A DNA stretch of 64,000 nucleotides from a bacterium (GTDB lineage Bacteria > RBG-13-61-14 > DATKZS01). Below the pieces are notes generated by a model. That model saw only the letters and a list, made by a program, of their open reading frames with translations. It was not told the DNA's origin and did no database searches. Every line of letters begins with the position of its first letter. Within the stretch, counting starts at the first letter, position 1. The translations under genes and the position numbers were made by a program. The DNA lies in assembly GCA_963674965.2 (NCBI GenBank), contig CAXXFL010000001.1, forward strand, positions 64,001-128,000, read 5' to 3'. Shown piece by piece: positions 42,494 through 52,019 of this stretch.

Positions 42494-43270
42494 ATGAAGA
42501 GACTTTTTTTAGCGGCCGCGCTGATATCGTTATTGCCTTTATCGGCGCTGGGACAGGAAGACCTTCGGGCCAGGGCCGACGCGGCCTGGGCCGCCAGGGA
42601 CGAGTTGAGCAAGACCCTCGAGGCCATCGATCTTTTCGAGAAGATGGCGGCCCGGGACCCGTCGGACATGGAGACGCGGGTGAAGCTGGCGCGGGCTGTT
42701 TACTGGGCCATCGAGCAGGACGAGGTGCTGGCGGATATCGAGGACAGGTCCAGGATGGACAAGGACAAGCAGCTCGAGCTGGCGGAGAAGGGCATCAAGG
42801 CCTGCCGCGAGGTCCTGGCCAGTAATGAGAACGACCCGGGCGCCCGCTTCTGGCTGATCTGGAACATGGCGGCCCGGACGCTGGCCAAGGGCCTGTTCTC
42901 GGGCTTCGCCCTGGGCGAGGCCATCATGGGCACCATCGTGGTGAGCAAGGAGGACGTCAATTACTGGTACGGCGGGATTTACTGCTACTGGGCCCGGGTG
43001 ATCTACGAGATACCGGGGCTCCTGGGCAAGTTCTTCCACTTTACCGACGACGACTCGGTCTGGCTTTACGAGCACGCCATCGCGACCGAGCCGAATTACC
43101 TTCGCAACCATTTCTGGCTGGCCGACAGCTACGTGAAGATGGGCAAAAAGGACCTGGCCAAAAAGGAGTTCCAGTTCTGCGCCGGCCAGGCGGAGGGCGC
43201 CCTGCCCGAGGTCGAGCCCGAGAACAAGCTCTACAGAAGGTACGCCGCCAAAAGACTGGAGAAGATGTAG
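42494..43270 (+). CDS. Exported TPR-like helical protein
   Basis: Signal peptide MKRLFLAAALISLLPLSALG; helical TPR-like repeats. Confidence 0.65.
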   Translation: MKRLFLAAALISLLPLSALGQEDLRARADAAWAARDELSKTLEAIDLFEKMAARDPSDMETRVKLARAVYWAIEQDEVLADIEDRSRMDKDKQLELAEKGIKACREVLASNENDPGARFWLIWNMAARTLAKGLFSGFALGEAIMGTIVVSKEDVNYWYGGIYCYWARVIYEIPGLLGKFFHFTDDDSVWLYEHAIATEPNYLRNHFWLADSYVKMGKKDLAKKEFQFCAGQAEGALPEVEPENKLYRRYAAKRLEKM

Positions 43271-43288
43271 TCCGCGGGACCGTCGCCC

Positions 43289-44899
43289 ATGGGAAAGTCC
43301 GGGAAAGCCACAAAGAGGAAAAGCCCAGGCGAGCCGCCCAAGCCCGGGCGCCGATGGGCCCTTCCCGCGGCGGCGCTGGCCGCGGCGCTCTTTCCCTGGC
43401 TCCTTTATTTCCAGACCATCCACGCCGGCTTCGCGTGGGACGACCATAACCTGATCCTCAACCAGCCCCAAGACCCGGGACTTTCAGACTTCGCCCGGCT
43501 GTGGGTCTCGGACTTCTGGATGACCGACCAGGTGACCAACTCGTCCCAATACTACCGGCCCCTTACCACCACCACCTTCGCCCTCGACTCTCTTATTCAC
43601 GGACGGGACCCGGGCGGTTTCCACCTTACCAACCTCATCATCTACTCGGGGACCTGCGCCGTGGCCCTGCTCGTCTTCCGAAGGCTGATGAATGACCTGC
43701 CCGCCGCCCTGGCCCTGGCCCTGGCCTTCGCCGCTCATCCGGCCCACGTCGAGAACGTGGCCTGGGTCTCGGGCCGCACCGACCTGGTCTGCGCCCTGTT
43801 CATGTTCGCGTCTCTTCTTTTCTACCTCCGGGCCGAGGAGGAGGAAAAGCCCTGGCAATGGGCGCTTTCGTTGGCCCTGTTTTTCCTTTCCCTCCTGGGC
43901 AAGGAGATGTCCATCGTCATGGTGGGAGTGGTGGCGGTCCATCAATATTTAAGGCGCGGAGTTAACCGGTCCATGTTCGTCAGGACGGGAACCTACGCCG
44001 CGGCGGGCGCCGTCTTCTGGCTAGTGCACTCCCTGGCCGTCTCGAAGACGACCGCGCCCGAGAACGTGTACCTCACGGCCGCGGAAAAGGCGCTCAGCGT
44101 GGCCCGCAACTTCTCGCTCGGGTCCTTTTACTCGGTCGTTCCCGGCGGCTTCGAGCTGATCGTGACGGCCACCAGGGAGGAGGCGGCCCGTCTTTTCCCG
44201 CTTCCGACCGGGCCGGCGCTGGCGGCGACCCTTTTTCTCCCGGCCGCGCTGGCGGCGGCCGCCGTTTTCGCGCTGGTGAAAAAGGACAAGCTTCTCGCCC
44301 TGGGCCTGGCCTCGGGCCTTGGTTCCATCGCGCCCGTGAGCAACGTCGTGCCTTTCGGCGTGATCTTCGCCGTCCGCTTCCTCCTGATCCCCAGCTTCTT
44401 TTTCCTTCTGGCGGGAGGGGCGCTCCTGGAGCGGGCCCGGGCTTATTCCTTCCGGCTGGGCCAGGTCGAGATCACGCCGCTTATCATGGTCATGGCGCTT
44501 ACGACCATGGTTTACTCGGCGGTCACCCTTTCCTGGGTCCCCCGCTGGCAAAATGATGTTACCCTAATGGAGGCGGCGCTGGCCAAGGCGCCCGATGCCT
44601 CGCTGGCCCATTTTCTTCTCGGCAACGGACTGACGGAAAAGGGCGACCGGGACGGGGCCGTCAGGCATTACGAGCGGGCCATCGAGCTTCGGCCGGGCTA
44701 CCGGGAGGCCATGCTCAACCTGGCGGTGGTGGAGGGCCTTCGAGGCCGGCCCGCCAGGAGCGAGGCCCTCTACCGCGAGATATTGAAAATGTACCCCGGC
44801 GACCGGGGCGCCAGGTCGCGGCTGGCCAGGCTTCTGGCGAATAGCGGGCGCATGGACGAGGCGGTCCGCCTGATGGGCGGCGGGACTGGACCAAGATAG
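43289..44899 (+). CDS. TMTC/PMT-like GT-C membrane glycosyltransferase with C-terminal TPRs
   Basis: GFAWDD, YYRPL, FHLTN, HPAHVENVAWVSGR.D, GKE; C-terminal TPRs. Confidence 0.8.
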   Translation: MGKSGKATKRKSPGEPPKPGRRWALPAAALAAALFPWLLYFQTIHAGFAWDDHNLILNQPQDPGLSDFARLWVSDFWMTDQVTNSSQYYRPLTTTTFALDSLIHGRDPGGFHLTNLIIYSGTCAVALLVFRRLMNDLPAALALALAFAAHPAHVENVAWVSGRTDLVCALFMFASLLFYLRAEEEEKPWQWALSLALFFLSLLGKEMSIVMVGVVAVHQYLRRGVNRSMFVRTGTYAAAGAVFWLVHSLAVSKTTAPENVYLTAAEKALSVARNFSLGSFYSVVPGGFELIVTATREEAARLFPLPTGPALAATLFLPAALAAAAVFALVKKDKLLALGLASGLGSIAPVSNVVPFGVIFAVRFLLIPSFFFLLAGGALLERARAYSFRLGQVEITPLIMVMALTTMVYSAVTLSWVPRWQNDVTLMEAALAKAPDASLAHFLLGNGLTEKGDRDGAVRHYERAIELRPGYREAMLNLAVVEGLRGRPARSEALYREILKMYPGDRGARSRLARLLANSGRMDEAVRLMGGGTGPR

Positions 44900-44957
44900 G
44901 GACCGGCGTGGGACCGGACGCGGGAGGCCGCGTTCCTTAAAGGGGAGGCTAATCGAG

Positions 44958-45320
44958 ATGGAAAGCGAGATGGACGGCGAGATGATGGATTACATGGAGG
45001 ATGAGGAGATACGCCACGTGGTCGTCTTCGTGACCGCGCCGGACCTGGAGGGCGGCAAGAAGATCGCCCGGGCCCTGGTCGAGGAGGAGATAGCGGCCTG
45101 CGTCAACGTTATCGAGGGCATAACCTCGATCTTCATGTGGAAGAGCAAGATCGAGGAGGAAAAGGAGTGCCTGCTCGTGATCAAGACGCGCCTGGTCCGG
45201 GTGGGCGACGTGATCGACGTGGTCAAGAGCATGCACGGCTACGACGTTCCCGAGATCATCGCCCTGCCCGTGGTGGACGGCAACCCGGCCTATTTGAAGT
45301 GGATCGACGAGGTCACTTGA
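44958..45320 (+). CDS. cutA: Divalent-cation tolerance protein CutA
   Basis: LVEEEIAACVN, SIFMW, E.LLVIKT, H.YDVPEII, YLKWI. Confidence 0.93.
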   Translation: MESEMDGEMMDYMEDEEIRHVVVFVTAPDLEGGKKIARALVEEEIAACVNVIEGITSIFMWKSKIEEEKECLLVIKTRLVRVGDVIDVVKSMHGYDVPEIIALPVVDGNPAYLKWIDEVT

Positions 45321-45400
45321 AACCCCATCCCCCGCGCCCGGGCTTTACACGTGCGCCGTTTGCGCTTACAATCAATCGCTCTTGATAGGAGGGACCTTTT

Positions 45401-46207
45401 TTGTCACGCCTTGCCAAGCGTTTCGAGGAACTGAAGAAAGAGGGGAAAGCGGGGTTTATTCCGTTCATCACCGCGGGGGACCCGACCCTGGCGCGGACGG
45501 CCGAGCTTTTGGACGTTTTGGCCGAGTCGGGGGCGGACGTCATCGAGTTGGGCATGCCCTTCTCGGACCCCATGGCCGACGGTCCCACCATCCAGGCGGC
45601 CTCCGAGCGGGCGCTGAAAAACGACTTCGGCATCGAGGAAATTCTCGAGCTGGCCGGGGACTTCAGGAAGCGCCATGACGTTCCGCTCATTCTTTTCGGC
45701 TATTACAACCCGGTCTTCTCCTACGGCGAGGAGCGGCTGATGAGCGAGGCCCAGGACTCGGGGGTGGACGGCTTTCTCATCGTGGACCTTCCCCCCGAGG
45801 AGGGGGAGGACATGCTCCGCTACGCCGACGGGGCCGGGGTGGACGTCATCTATCTTATCGCTCCCACCACGCCCGACTCCCGGATCGAGAAGATAGCCAG
45901 GGTCGCCCGCGGCTTCGTCTACTACGTGTGCGTCACGGGAGTGACCGGCGCCCGCGCCACCGTGTCCACCACCATTGCCCGCGACGTGGAGAGAATCCGC
46001 CGTCATATCGACCTGCCCGTGGCCGTGGGCTTCGGCATCAGCACGCCCGAGCAGGCGGCCGAGGTGGCCCGCCGGGCCGACGCCGTGGTGGTGGGAAGCG
46101 CCATCGTTTCCATGATCGGAAAACTGGGAGACACGGACGAGATGGTCGGGAAGGTGGGCGAGTTCGCCGCCGCCCTCAGCGCGGGCGTCCGCTCGGCCAA
46201 GAAGTGA
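45401..46207 (+). CDS. trpA: Tryptophan synthase alpha chain
   Basis: PFITAGDP, IELGMPFSDPMADGPTIQ, YYNP, DLPPEE, GVTG, GFGIS, VVGSA. Confidence 0.97.
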   Translation: MSRLAKRFEELKKEGKAGFIPFITAGDPTLARTAELLDVLAESGADVIELGMPFSDPMADGPTIQAASERALKNDFGIEEILELAGDFRKRHDVPLILFGYYNPVFSYGEERLMSEAQDSGVDGFLIVDLPPEEGEDMLRYADGAGVDVIYLIAPTTPDSRIEKIARVARGFVYYVCVTGVTGARATVSTTIARDVERIRRHIDLPVAVGFGISTPEQAAEVARRADAVVVGSAIVSMIGKLGDTDEMVGKVGEFAAALSAGVRSAKK

Positions 46208-46237
46208 GTCCGGCCTTTTAAGCTCCGCCCATTCGCC

Positions 46238-47044
46238 ATGCCTGAAGTTGAAGTCAACGGAGTCCGCCTGCATTACATGGCCGCGGGAAAAGGAGAGGCG
46301 GTGGTCCTTATCCACGGCTTCACCTCCAGCCACGTCATGTGGTACAACCAGGTACCCGCCCTGGCCCGGGCCGGTTTCAGGAGCTACGCCTACGACGCGC
46401 GCGGCCACGGCGACTCGCAAAAGCCCGGAAAGGGATACGACGCCGACTCCCTCGCCCTCGAGCTCGGGGCCTTCATGGACGCCCTCAATGTCCCGAGGGC
46501 CCACGTGGCGGGCCTGTCCATGGGAGGCATGATCGCCCAGCGCTTCGCGCTCTCGAGTCCCGAGCGGGTCGCCACCCTCACCATCGCCGACAGCTTCACC
46601 GGCGGCCCGGTCAACGGGGTCATGCGCTCCTTCCAGGACCAGATGGACCTGCTCATGAAAAAGGGACTGCCCGGCCTGTGGGCAAGCATGCTTTCAAACC
46701 CCGCCTTTCCGGTGGGACCCGACTTCACCGGTCACCTCGAGCTGATGGACCTGTTCCAAAAGAACTTCATGAAGAACGACCCCGACTCCCTCGCCCTCTT
46801 CGTGCAGGAGTTCGCCGCCGCCCGGGACTGGACCGGAGACCTCGCCTCCATATCGAGGCCCACCCTCCTCATCGTGGGCGAGTACGACGCGCCCTGCCTG
46901 GACCCGATGAGGCGCATGAGCGAGAACATACCCGGCTCCGAGCTGGTGGTCATTCCGCGCTGCGGACACGTGTCGGCCCTCGAGAAGCCGGAGGAATTCA
47001 ACCGCGCCTTCCTGCCCTTTTTAAAGCAACACCCCATCGGGTAA
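46238..47044 (+). CDS. Alpha/beta hydrolase
   Basis: LIHGF, DARGHG.S, GLSMGG nucleophile elbow, GEYD, CGH. Confidence 0.92.
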   Translation: MPEVEVNGVRLHYMAAGKGEAVVLIHGFTSSHVMWYNQVPALARAGFRSYAYDARGHGDSQKPGKGYDADSLALELGAFMDALNVPRAHVAGLSMGGMIAQRFALSSPERVATLTIADSFTGGPVNGVMRSFQDQMDLLMKKGLPGLWASMLSNPAFPVGPDFTGHLELMDLFQKNFMKNDPDSLALFVQEFAAARDWTGDLASISRPTLLIVGEYDAPCLDPMRRMSENIPGSELVVIPRCGHVSALEKPEEFNRAFLPFLKQHPIG

Positions 47045-47052
47045 CCGCCCTC

Positions 47053-47547
47053 TTACTTGCTCCTGATCAATAAGCCCGCCACGTAAAACATGCGGTCCTG
47101 GGTGGGCGAGCCGTTCTTGCCGGCCACGCTGAAAGGTTTCCATCCCGTCCCGAACCCCGTTATCGAGCCCTCGCCCTTCCAGCCGTAGGAGTCTCCCGTG
47201 TCCGGGCAGGAAAGGTCGCAATATTGAGAGTCCACCGTCACCCGGAAATACTTGCCGCCCGCGGGCGAGTCCTCCGTCATGCCGTACACCCGGACCCCCA
47301 GCTCGGACACCCCGTCGGGTATCCAAACCACGCCGGTGAAAAGTTCCTCGGTGGATTGATTGGACACGTCGCGCTGGGCCTTGAAAACGTACTCCCACGC
47401 GCTCGAGTTATAGAACCTTCCGTGCGCGTTCAAAAGGGGCATGCCCTGGTGAAGCGCGTCCAGGTTGCCTTTGATCTTGCCCATAAGGGTCTGGTTGAGC
47501 GGACTGTTCGCGTCCACCTCGCCGGCCGCTATGTCGGTCCAAGCCAT
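47053..47547 (-). CDS. Putative short tail fibre/receptor-binding protein
   Basis: N-terminus MAWTDI...EVDANSPL.QTLM.KI..N resembles phage tail-tip anchoring segments; beta-rich C-terminus; AAGGAG RBS. Confidence 0.5.
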   Translation of the reverse strand: MAWTDIAAGEVDANSPLNQTLMGKIKGNLDALHQGMPLLNAHGRFYNSSAWEYVFKAQRDVSNQSTEELFTGVVWIPDGVSELGVRVYGMTEDSPAGGKYFRVTVDSQYCDLSCPDTGDSYGWKGEGSITGFGTGWKPFSVAGKNGSPTQDRMFYVAGLLIRSK

Positions 47548-47623
47548 CTCGATCTCCTTTTATTTAAGGCTGTCGCCGCGTCCGCCTCTCGCCTCGAGGG
47601 CCGGGGGCTGGGAGCGGCCAGGT

Positions 47624-48133
47624 TCAGTCGGCGGCCAGGAAATTTTTTTCCCGGAGCCAGGCGGCCCTTTTCAGAACGTCCCTCGAGTAGTCCTTGCCGG
47701 TGGTCGAGGAATCCACGTCGCGGCCCCGGATAAGGTGCCGCTCGACCCGGCCCATGCCGCAGTTGTATCCGGCCAGGGCCGCCCGAAGGGCCTTGTCCTT
47801 GTCCAGGTCGGGAAAGGCCTCGGCCAGGCGGTCAAGGTTCTCGCGCAAAAGGCCGCACCCGTAGGCCAGGTTGGCCGCCGGGTTGCGCCACAGATCGCCC
47901 AGCCCGACGAACCCCTTGTGCCAGCGGTCGTCGATCTGCATGAGTCCTCGCCCGTGTCCCTTGTCGCCCGTGTCCGGCGGGTTGCCCCATTTGCCTAAAA
48001 GGCGGCCCGCGCCCGACTCGCGGCTGATTATCGCGGCCACCACCAGGGGGTCCAGGCCGAAGCTTTCCGCCACCGCCGCTATCAGGGGCCCGATCATCTC
48101 GAGCCAGGGAAGGTCCAGTTCCATCGCCTTCAT
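47624..48133 (-). CDS. GH23 goose-type lysozyme/lytic transglycosylase (endolysin)
   Basis: Start MKAMEL at 48133; AIISRES, GD.G.G.GLMQIDDRWH, AGYNCG, TTGKDYSRDVLKRA. Confidence 0.85.
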   Translation of the reverse strand: MKAMELDLPWLEMIGPLIAAVAESFGLDPLVVAAIISRESGAGRLLGKWGNPPDTGDKGHGRGLMQIDDRWHKGFVGLGDLWRNPAANLAYGCGLLRENLDRLAEAFPDLDKDKALRAALAGYNCGMGRVERHLIRGRDVDSSTTGKDYSRDVLKRAAWLREKNFLAAD

Positions 48134-48408
48134 TTGTTCTCCTCCATGGTTTTCCTCCTCTCGTTCTCGCGCGCCAGTCCCTCCCGAATCTCCTCGAGGG
48201 AGGTCCACGCCCTCTCCAGGCCCCGCTTGATCTCGATCACGTCGTCGTGAAGCTCGCGGTGCTGGAGCGCGCAGTACTCGCGCGCCACTTTGCCGTCCAC
48301 GCTCTCTTGCATGGACTCGATCCGCTGGTTGTTGCTCTTCCAAACCAGCCCCCATAAAAACAGGATCGCCGCCCCGTCGATCAGTATCGACGGCAATACT
48401 CCTCCCAT
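48130..48408 (-). CDS. Putative holin-like protein (1 TM plus coiled coil)
   Basis: 92 aa, N-terminal hydrophobic helix, stop overlaps the endolysin start. Confidence 0.5.
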   Translation of the reverse strand: MGGVLPSILIDGAAILFLWGLVWKSNNQRIESMQESVDGKVAREYCALQHRELHDDVIEIKRGLERAWTSLEEIREGLARENERRKTMEENK

Positions 48409-48420
48409 TTCCTCACCTCC

Positions 48421-50352
48421 TTAGTAAACGTGGTAGCCGTCCTCGCCGTCCGGCCCCACCTTGTTGTCCCAGTCTCCTATCCAGCCGTGCCTCTCCCTCT
48501 CCTCGACGCTCGCCGACGAGTAGTCGTGGCCGACCTCGGCCGGCGAAATGAGCGGATAGCGCCGGGAAAGGTTGGTGTCGATCGCCGCGTACTCGAAGCG
48601 GTTGTCGCTTCGGGCCGACTTCTTGAGGACCTCGAAGAGCCTCCCCGCCAGCGGAGCGCCGCTCGCGTCCACCACGTCGCGGCTGGTGACGCGGACGAAG
48701 TCGCCCACCTTCAGGCCCGAGTCCTTGAGCTCGAGGGAGAAGCCCAGCGTCGGCGCCCCGCGCCCGTAGCGGATCAAATACCTCGAGGCCAAAATCAGCG
48801 CCTCGTTCTCGCGATATATCCAGTCGGCCTTGATCTCCTTGTTCTTGGAAAGACGGAAAAAGTCGTTGCTCTCGCTCTCGGCGTCTATATAAACCAAAAG
48901 CCCCGCGTAGGAGTCGGCCTCGTCTCCGGACGCCCCGGCCATGGGATCGTAATAAACCGTGGCCCGCGTGGCCTGGAGCTTAAGGCCCGGCTCCCAGCTC
49001 GTCGAGCCGTCGATGAAGCCCGTCTCGTCGTCAAGCTCGGCGGCGTTCCCCGCCATGACGGGCGGGGCCACGCACTTGGCCCATATTTTCGAGTCCTCCC
49101 CCTGCCAGACGTGAAGCATGGTCTGCTCGCGAAGTCCGTTGATGAGCTTCTTGATCGAGGTGGGCTTGTCCACCCTCCTCCGAAAAAGCGAGCCCGAAAG
49201 CCAGCGCCCCAGCTCGTCGCTGAAGACCACCACCGGCGCCGCCTCGTCCTGGCCGTGGCTCGCGGCCTCGGAGCCCAGCGCGCCCCTCTCCGTCGCGTGA
49301 ACGCCCGAGGAGGTCTTGCCCCGGTAGGAAACAAGCTCGTCTCCTATCCGCACGGTCCCGGTCTCGGGCAGGTCCCGGGCGTTATTCAAGCCGATCTCGA
49401 GCTCGGAGGCCCCGATGGACGAGGACAAGGTAACGCCCCGGTCCACCGCCGCCAGGTCGAGAGGGTCGATGCCGCCGCTCTCGCAGAGAAGAGACATGAA
49501 TATCTCGTCCGCCGGAAGTCCCTCCCCCGAGTCCTCCTCCGCGAAGACCGCGGCCTGGGCGACTTTGGTCCCGGCCAAGTGGGACGCCGCCGCCGAGCCG
49601 TAAGCCCCGCTCGAGCACCCCTCCAGCGTCTGGGCGGTCACGCCGGTGAAGGTCACGTACTCGTCCTCGATCTTGACCGCGCCGGGGGCCTCGAACTCGG
49701 CGCCGTCCGCCACGTGCATGACCGAGCCGCCGCTATAGTCCATGAGCAGGACGTTTTTCGAGGACTGGCGGGGAGGTATCTTTTTGTCCAGGAGCTTGAG
49801 CTGGTCCTTGACGATCAGCCGCGCCCTACCCTCCTCCCACTCGAGGCCGTCGATTACTCCCTTGAAGACCAGCCGATACTCCGAGACCTCGAGGCCGCCG
49901 AAGCCCCGGTAGACGCGGGCCGTCCGGCCCTCGAGGTTCGGGTTGCGGGCGATGAGGTTGCGGAAATAGGAGCCTCCCGTCTCGAGGCGGGAGACGGCCT
50001 TGTCCGGATTGGCCAGGGCGAGGGGCTCGTCGTCCAGGAACTCGATGGTGACGCGGGCCCGGCGGGTGACGCTCTCTCCCGGCTTGATCTCGGTGGGTAC
50101 CTCGCCCACGCTCGCGAGGTAGGGCAGGGCGCCCGGCAGCCTGGGACCGTCGGCCGAGCAAAAGCAATACTCCTTCATGGTCCTCGAGAAATCGGCCGGG
50201 GCCAGGCAGGTGGAATAGGTGTAGTAACAGCCCTCGCCGCCCGAGGCCCCGCACGGCGCCTGGCCGTACTCGTTCGCGCAGTAGTCCAGGTCAAGCGCGA
50301 CCAGCCACGTGACCTCCCGGCAAATCCCGGACCTTTTATCATCGTAGTTCAT
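48421..50352 (-). CDS. Putative tail tip/hub protein
   Basis: Follows the Dit-like gene; N-terminal DYC...YG.APC...C..T..TC; F.GVID..E; C-terminal LKVGDFVRVT. Confidence 0.65.
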   Translation of the reverse strand: MNYDDKRSGICREVTWLVALDLDYCANEYGQAPCGASGGEGCYYTYSTCLAPADFSRTMKEYCFCSADGPRLPGALPYLASVGEVPTEIKPGESVTRRARVTIEFLDDEPLALANPDKAVSRLETGGSYFRNLIARNPNLEGRTARVYRGFGGLEVSEYRLVFKGVIDGLEWEEGRARLIVKDQLKLLDKKIPPRQSSKNVLLMDYSGGSVMHVADGAEFEAPGAVKIEDEYVTFTGVTAQTLEGCSSGAYGSAAASHLAGTKVAQAAVFAEEDSGEGLPADEIFMSLLCESGGIDPLDLAAVDRGVTLSSSIGASELEIGLNNARDLPETGTVRIGDELVSYRGKTSSGVHATERGALGSEAASHGQDEAAPVVVFSDELGRWLSGSLFRRRVDKPTSIKKLINGLREQTMLHVWQGEDSKIWAKCVAPPVMAGNAAELDDETGFIDGSTSWEPGLKLQATRATVYYDPMAGASGDEADSYAGLLVYIDAESESNDFFRLSKNKEIKADWIYRENEALILASRYLIRYGRGAPTLGFSLELKDSGLKVGDFVRVTSRDVVDASGAPLAGRLFEVLKKSARSDNRFEYAAIDTNLSRRYPLISPAEVGHDYSSASVEERERHGWIGDWDNKVGPDGEDGYHVY

Positions 50353-50381
50353 CCGCGCCTCCAGTTAATCGGTCGTCCCCA

Positions 50382-51155
50382 TCACTCGCCCGCGCTTATC
50401 ATCTCGATCGCGAGCGAGCGGTAGGGCCCCTGATAGGGAGAAGAAAAGCCCGGCTCGGCCGAGCGGACCAGCGCCACGCGTCTCGGGTCGCGCGCCGGGT
50501 CCCAGGCGAAGAAGAAAGGCCTCAGGCCGTGCAGTCGCCAGAAGCGGGACCACTCCTCCTCGATAAAGCCCGGGTCCAGCCGATCGAAGCTGGCCCGAAT
50601 CCGGCGCCTCGAGTATTTTTGCGCCACGCCGAGAAGACGGCCCGTCCTTCCCGTCTCGGCGGCCATGGCCGTCTCGAGACCGTCGGGATCGAAGCCCGCC
50701 TCGGGAAAGGCCGGTATTTCCATGGCCTGGCCCACGAAGAGAACGCCCAACCGCGGGGCGGCCGAGTATCCGTCGGGTATGACCAGCTTGAAATAGCGGC
50801 GGCTTTGGACGGGAAAGCGGCAAAAGAACGCGGAGTCGTCCTCCGGCGCGGCCGGTTCCATGCAGTCATGGTAGATCGAGTCGTCGTCCGAGTACTTGAG
50901 CGCCAGGCCCGAGACGCCGCTCGAGGCCAGGTCATGTCCGGCTATCGCCAGGCAATCCACCGGGGCCTGGCAAGACTCGCCCGCGTCGATCTTGATCTCG
51001 AGGTCTCCCGAGGACGCCTCCGCTCGCCAGTGGGTGTAGTCCCTCCAGTCCAGGGCGTTCTGAAAGGGAAAACCCGCCGCGTCGGCCGGCCGCGTTACCG
51101 TAACGCCGTCCATGCTCAAAACGTTCTCCCAGGCGATCACCGGATAATCGCTCAT
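50382..51155 (-). CDS. Putative distal tail protein with carbohydrate-binding-like N-terminal domain
   Basis: Directly after the tape measure (ATGA overlap); GFP..NALDWRDYTHW, AIAGHDL, RYFKL, RPFFFAW.P. Confidence 0.6.
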   Translation of the reverse strand: MSDYPVIAWENVLSMDGVTVTRPADAAGFPFQNALDWRDYTHWRAEASSGDLEIKIDAGESCQAPVDCLAIAGHDLASSGVSGLALKYSDDDSIYHDCMEPAAPEDDSAFFCRFPVQSRRYFKLVIPDGYSAAPRLGVLFVGQAMEIPAFPEAGFDPDGLETAMAAETGRTGRLLGVAQKYSRRRIRASFDRLDPGFIEEEWSRFWRLHGLRPFFFAWDPARDPRRVALVRSAEPGFSSPYQGPYRSLAIEMISAGE

Positions 51156-51766
51156 GACGCCACCTCCAGGATCACGTCGTCGCTCAGGTTCTCGTTGATG
51201 GCGTCGATCAGCTCGCGAGCGAAGTCGTAGGTGTCGATCAGGCCCACGTTGCGGCCCACGTCCACCACCACCCGCGTTTGTCTCGTCTCCGGGTCGCTAT
51301 TGGAGGGGGCGGTCTCGGCCGCTGACCCCTGGCCGCCGGTCCGGTATCCCGCTACGCTTCCCCCACCCGACTTGGCGGCCTTGGCGTACTGCTGGGCGGC
51401 CAGGGCGTGCTTGAGCGAGCTGGCCAGGGCCGTCGGGTCCTTGGTCCCCAAAAACCTGGCGAACTCCTTGGTCGCCTCGGCGATCTCGAAGGGGATCATA
51501 ACCTTGGCCTGGTCCTTGACCGACCCGCCCAGCAGCGTGGCCATCGAGCCGGCCAGCTTGCCGTAGCTCGAGAGCTGCTCGGACCAGGACGACTGGCGGA
51601 GGTCCGAGATGAGAGACTCCCACCTCGAGACGGTCCCCGCCTTGTCCGAATAGGAGGTCTCGAGCTTTTCACGCTCGGACCCGAGGTATTGCTCGAGCAG
51701 GGCGGCCCTTTCGTCCATCATTTCCCTAAGCGCCTCCATGTCGGAGGCGAGCAACTGGTCATCCAT
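51152..51766 (-). CDS. Putative very short tape measure protein (~204 aa)
   Basis: Lies after the frameshifted chaperone pair; helical Ala/Leu/Glu-rich; G/S-rich linker, then C-terminal VVVDV...ARELIDAINE; GAGGAG RBS. Confidence 0.6.
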   Translation of the reverse strand: MDDQLLASDMEALREMMDERAALLEQYLGSEREKLETSYSDKAGTVSRWESLISDLRQSSWSEQLSSYGKLAGSMATLLGGSVKDQAKVMIPFEIAEATKEFARFLGTKDPTALASSLKHALAAQQYAKAAKSGGGSVAGYRTGGQGSAAETAPSNSDPETRQTRVVVDVGRNVGLIDTYDFARELIDAINENLSDDVILEVAS

Positions 51767-52019
51767 TTTCAATCTCCTCGATCAGGTGAAGGACCCAAAG
51801 GTCCCAGAACTCAAGTCCGGTCTCGGCCGCGGGATACCCGGCCTTTATCGGCCCGCGCCAAAGGAGGACCCGGATAAGCTCCGGCGACGCCTTCTCGATC
51901 GTCGGCTCGGAGCAGTTCCGGCAGGTCCAGTCCGAGTAGGGACCGAGGCGGTCCTCGCAGTCGGCGCAGCTCGAGGCCCGGCCCGAAAGAAAGGCCCGGG
52001 CATCCCGCGCTATTTTTTT
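51759..52019 (-). CDS. Tail assembly chaperone extension (gpGT-like), reached by -1 frameshift
   Basis: Open -1 frame after A AAA AAA; encodes CADC...CRNC; no ATG downstream of the shift site. Confidence 0.6.
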   Translation of the reverse strand, partial: KKIARDARAFLSGRASSCADCEDRLGPYSDWTCRNCSEPTIEKASPELIRVLLWRGPIKAGYPAAETGLEFWDLWVLHLIEEIENG

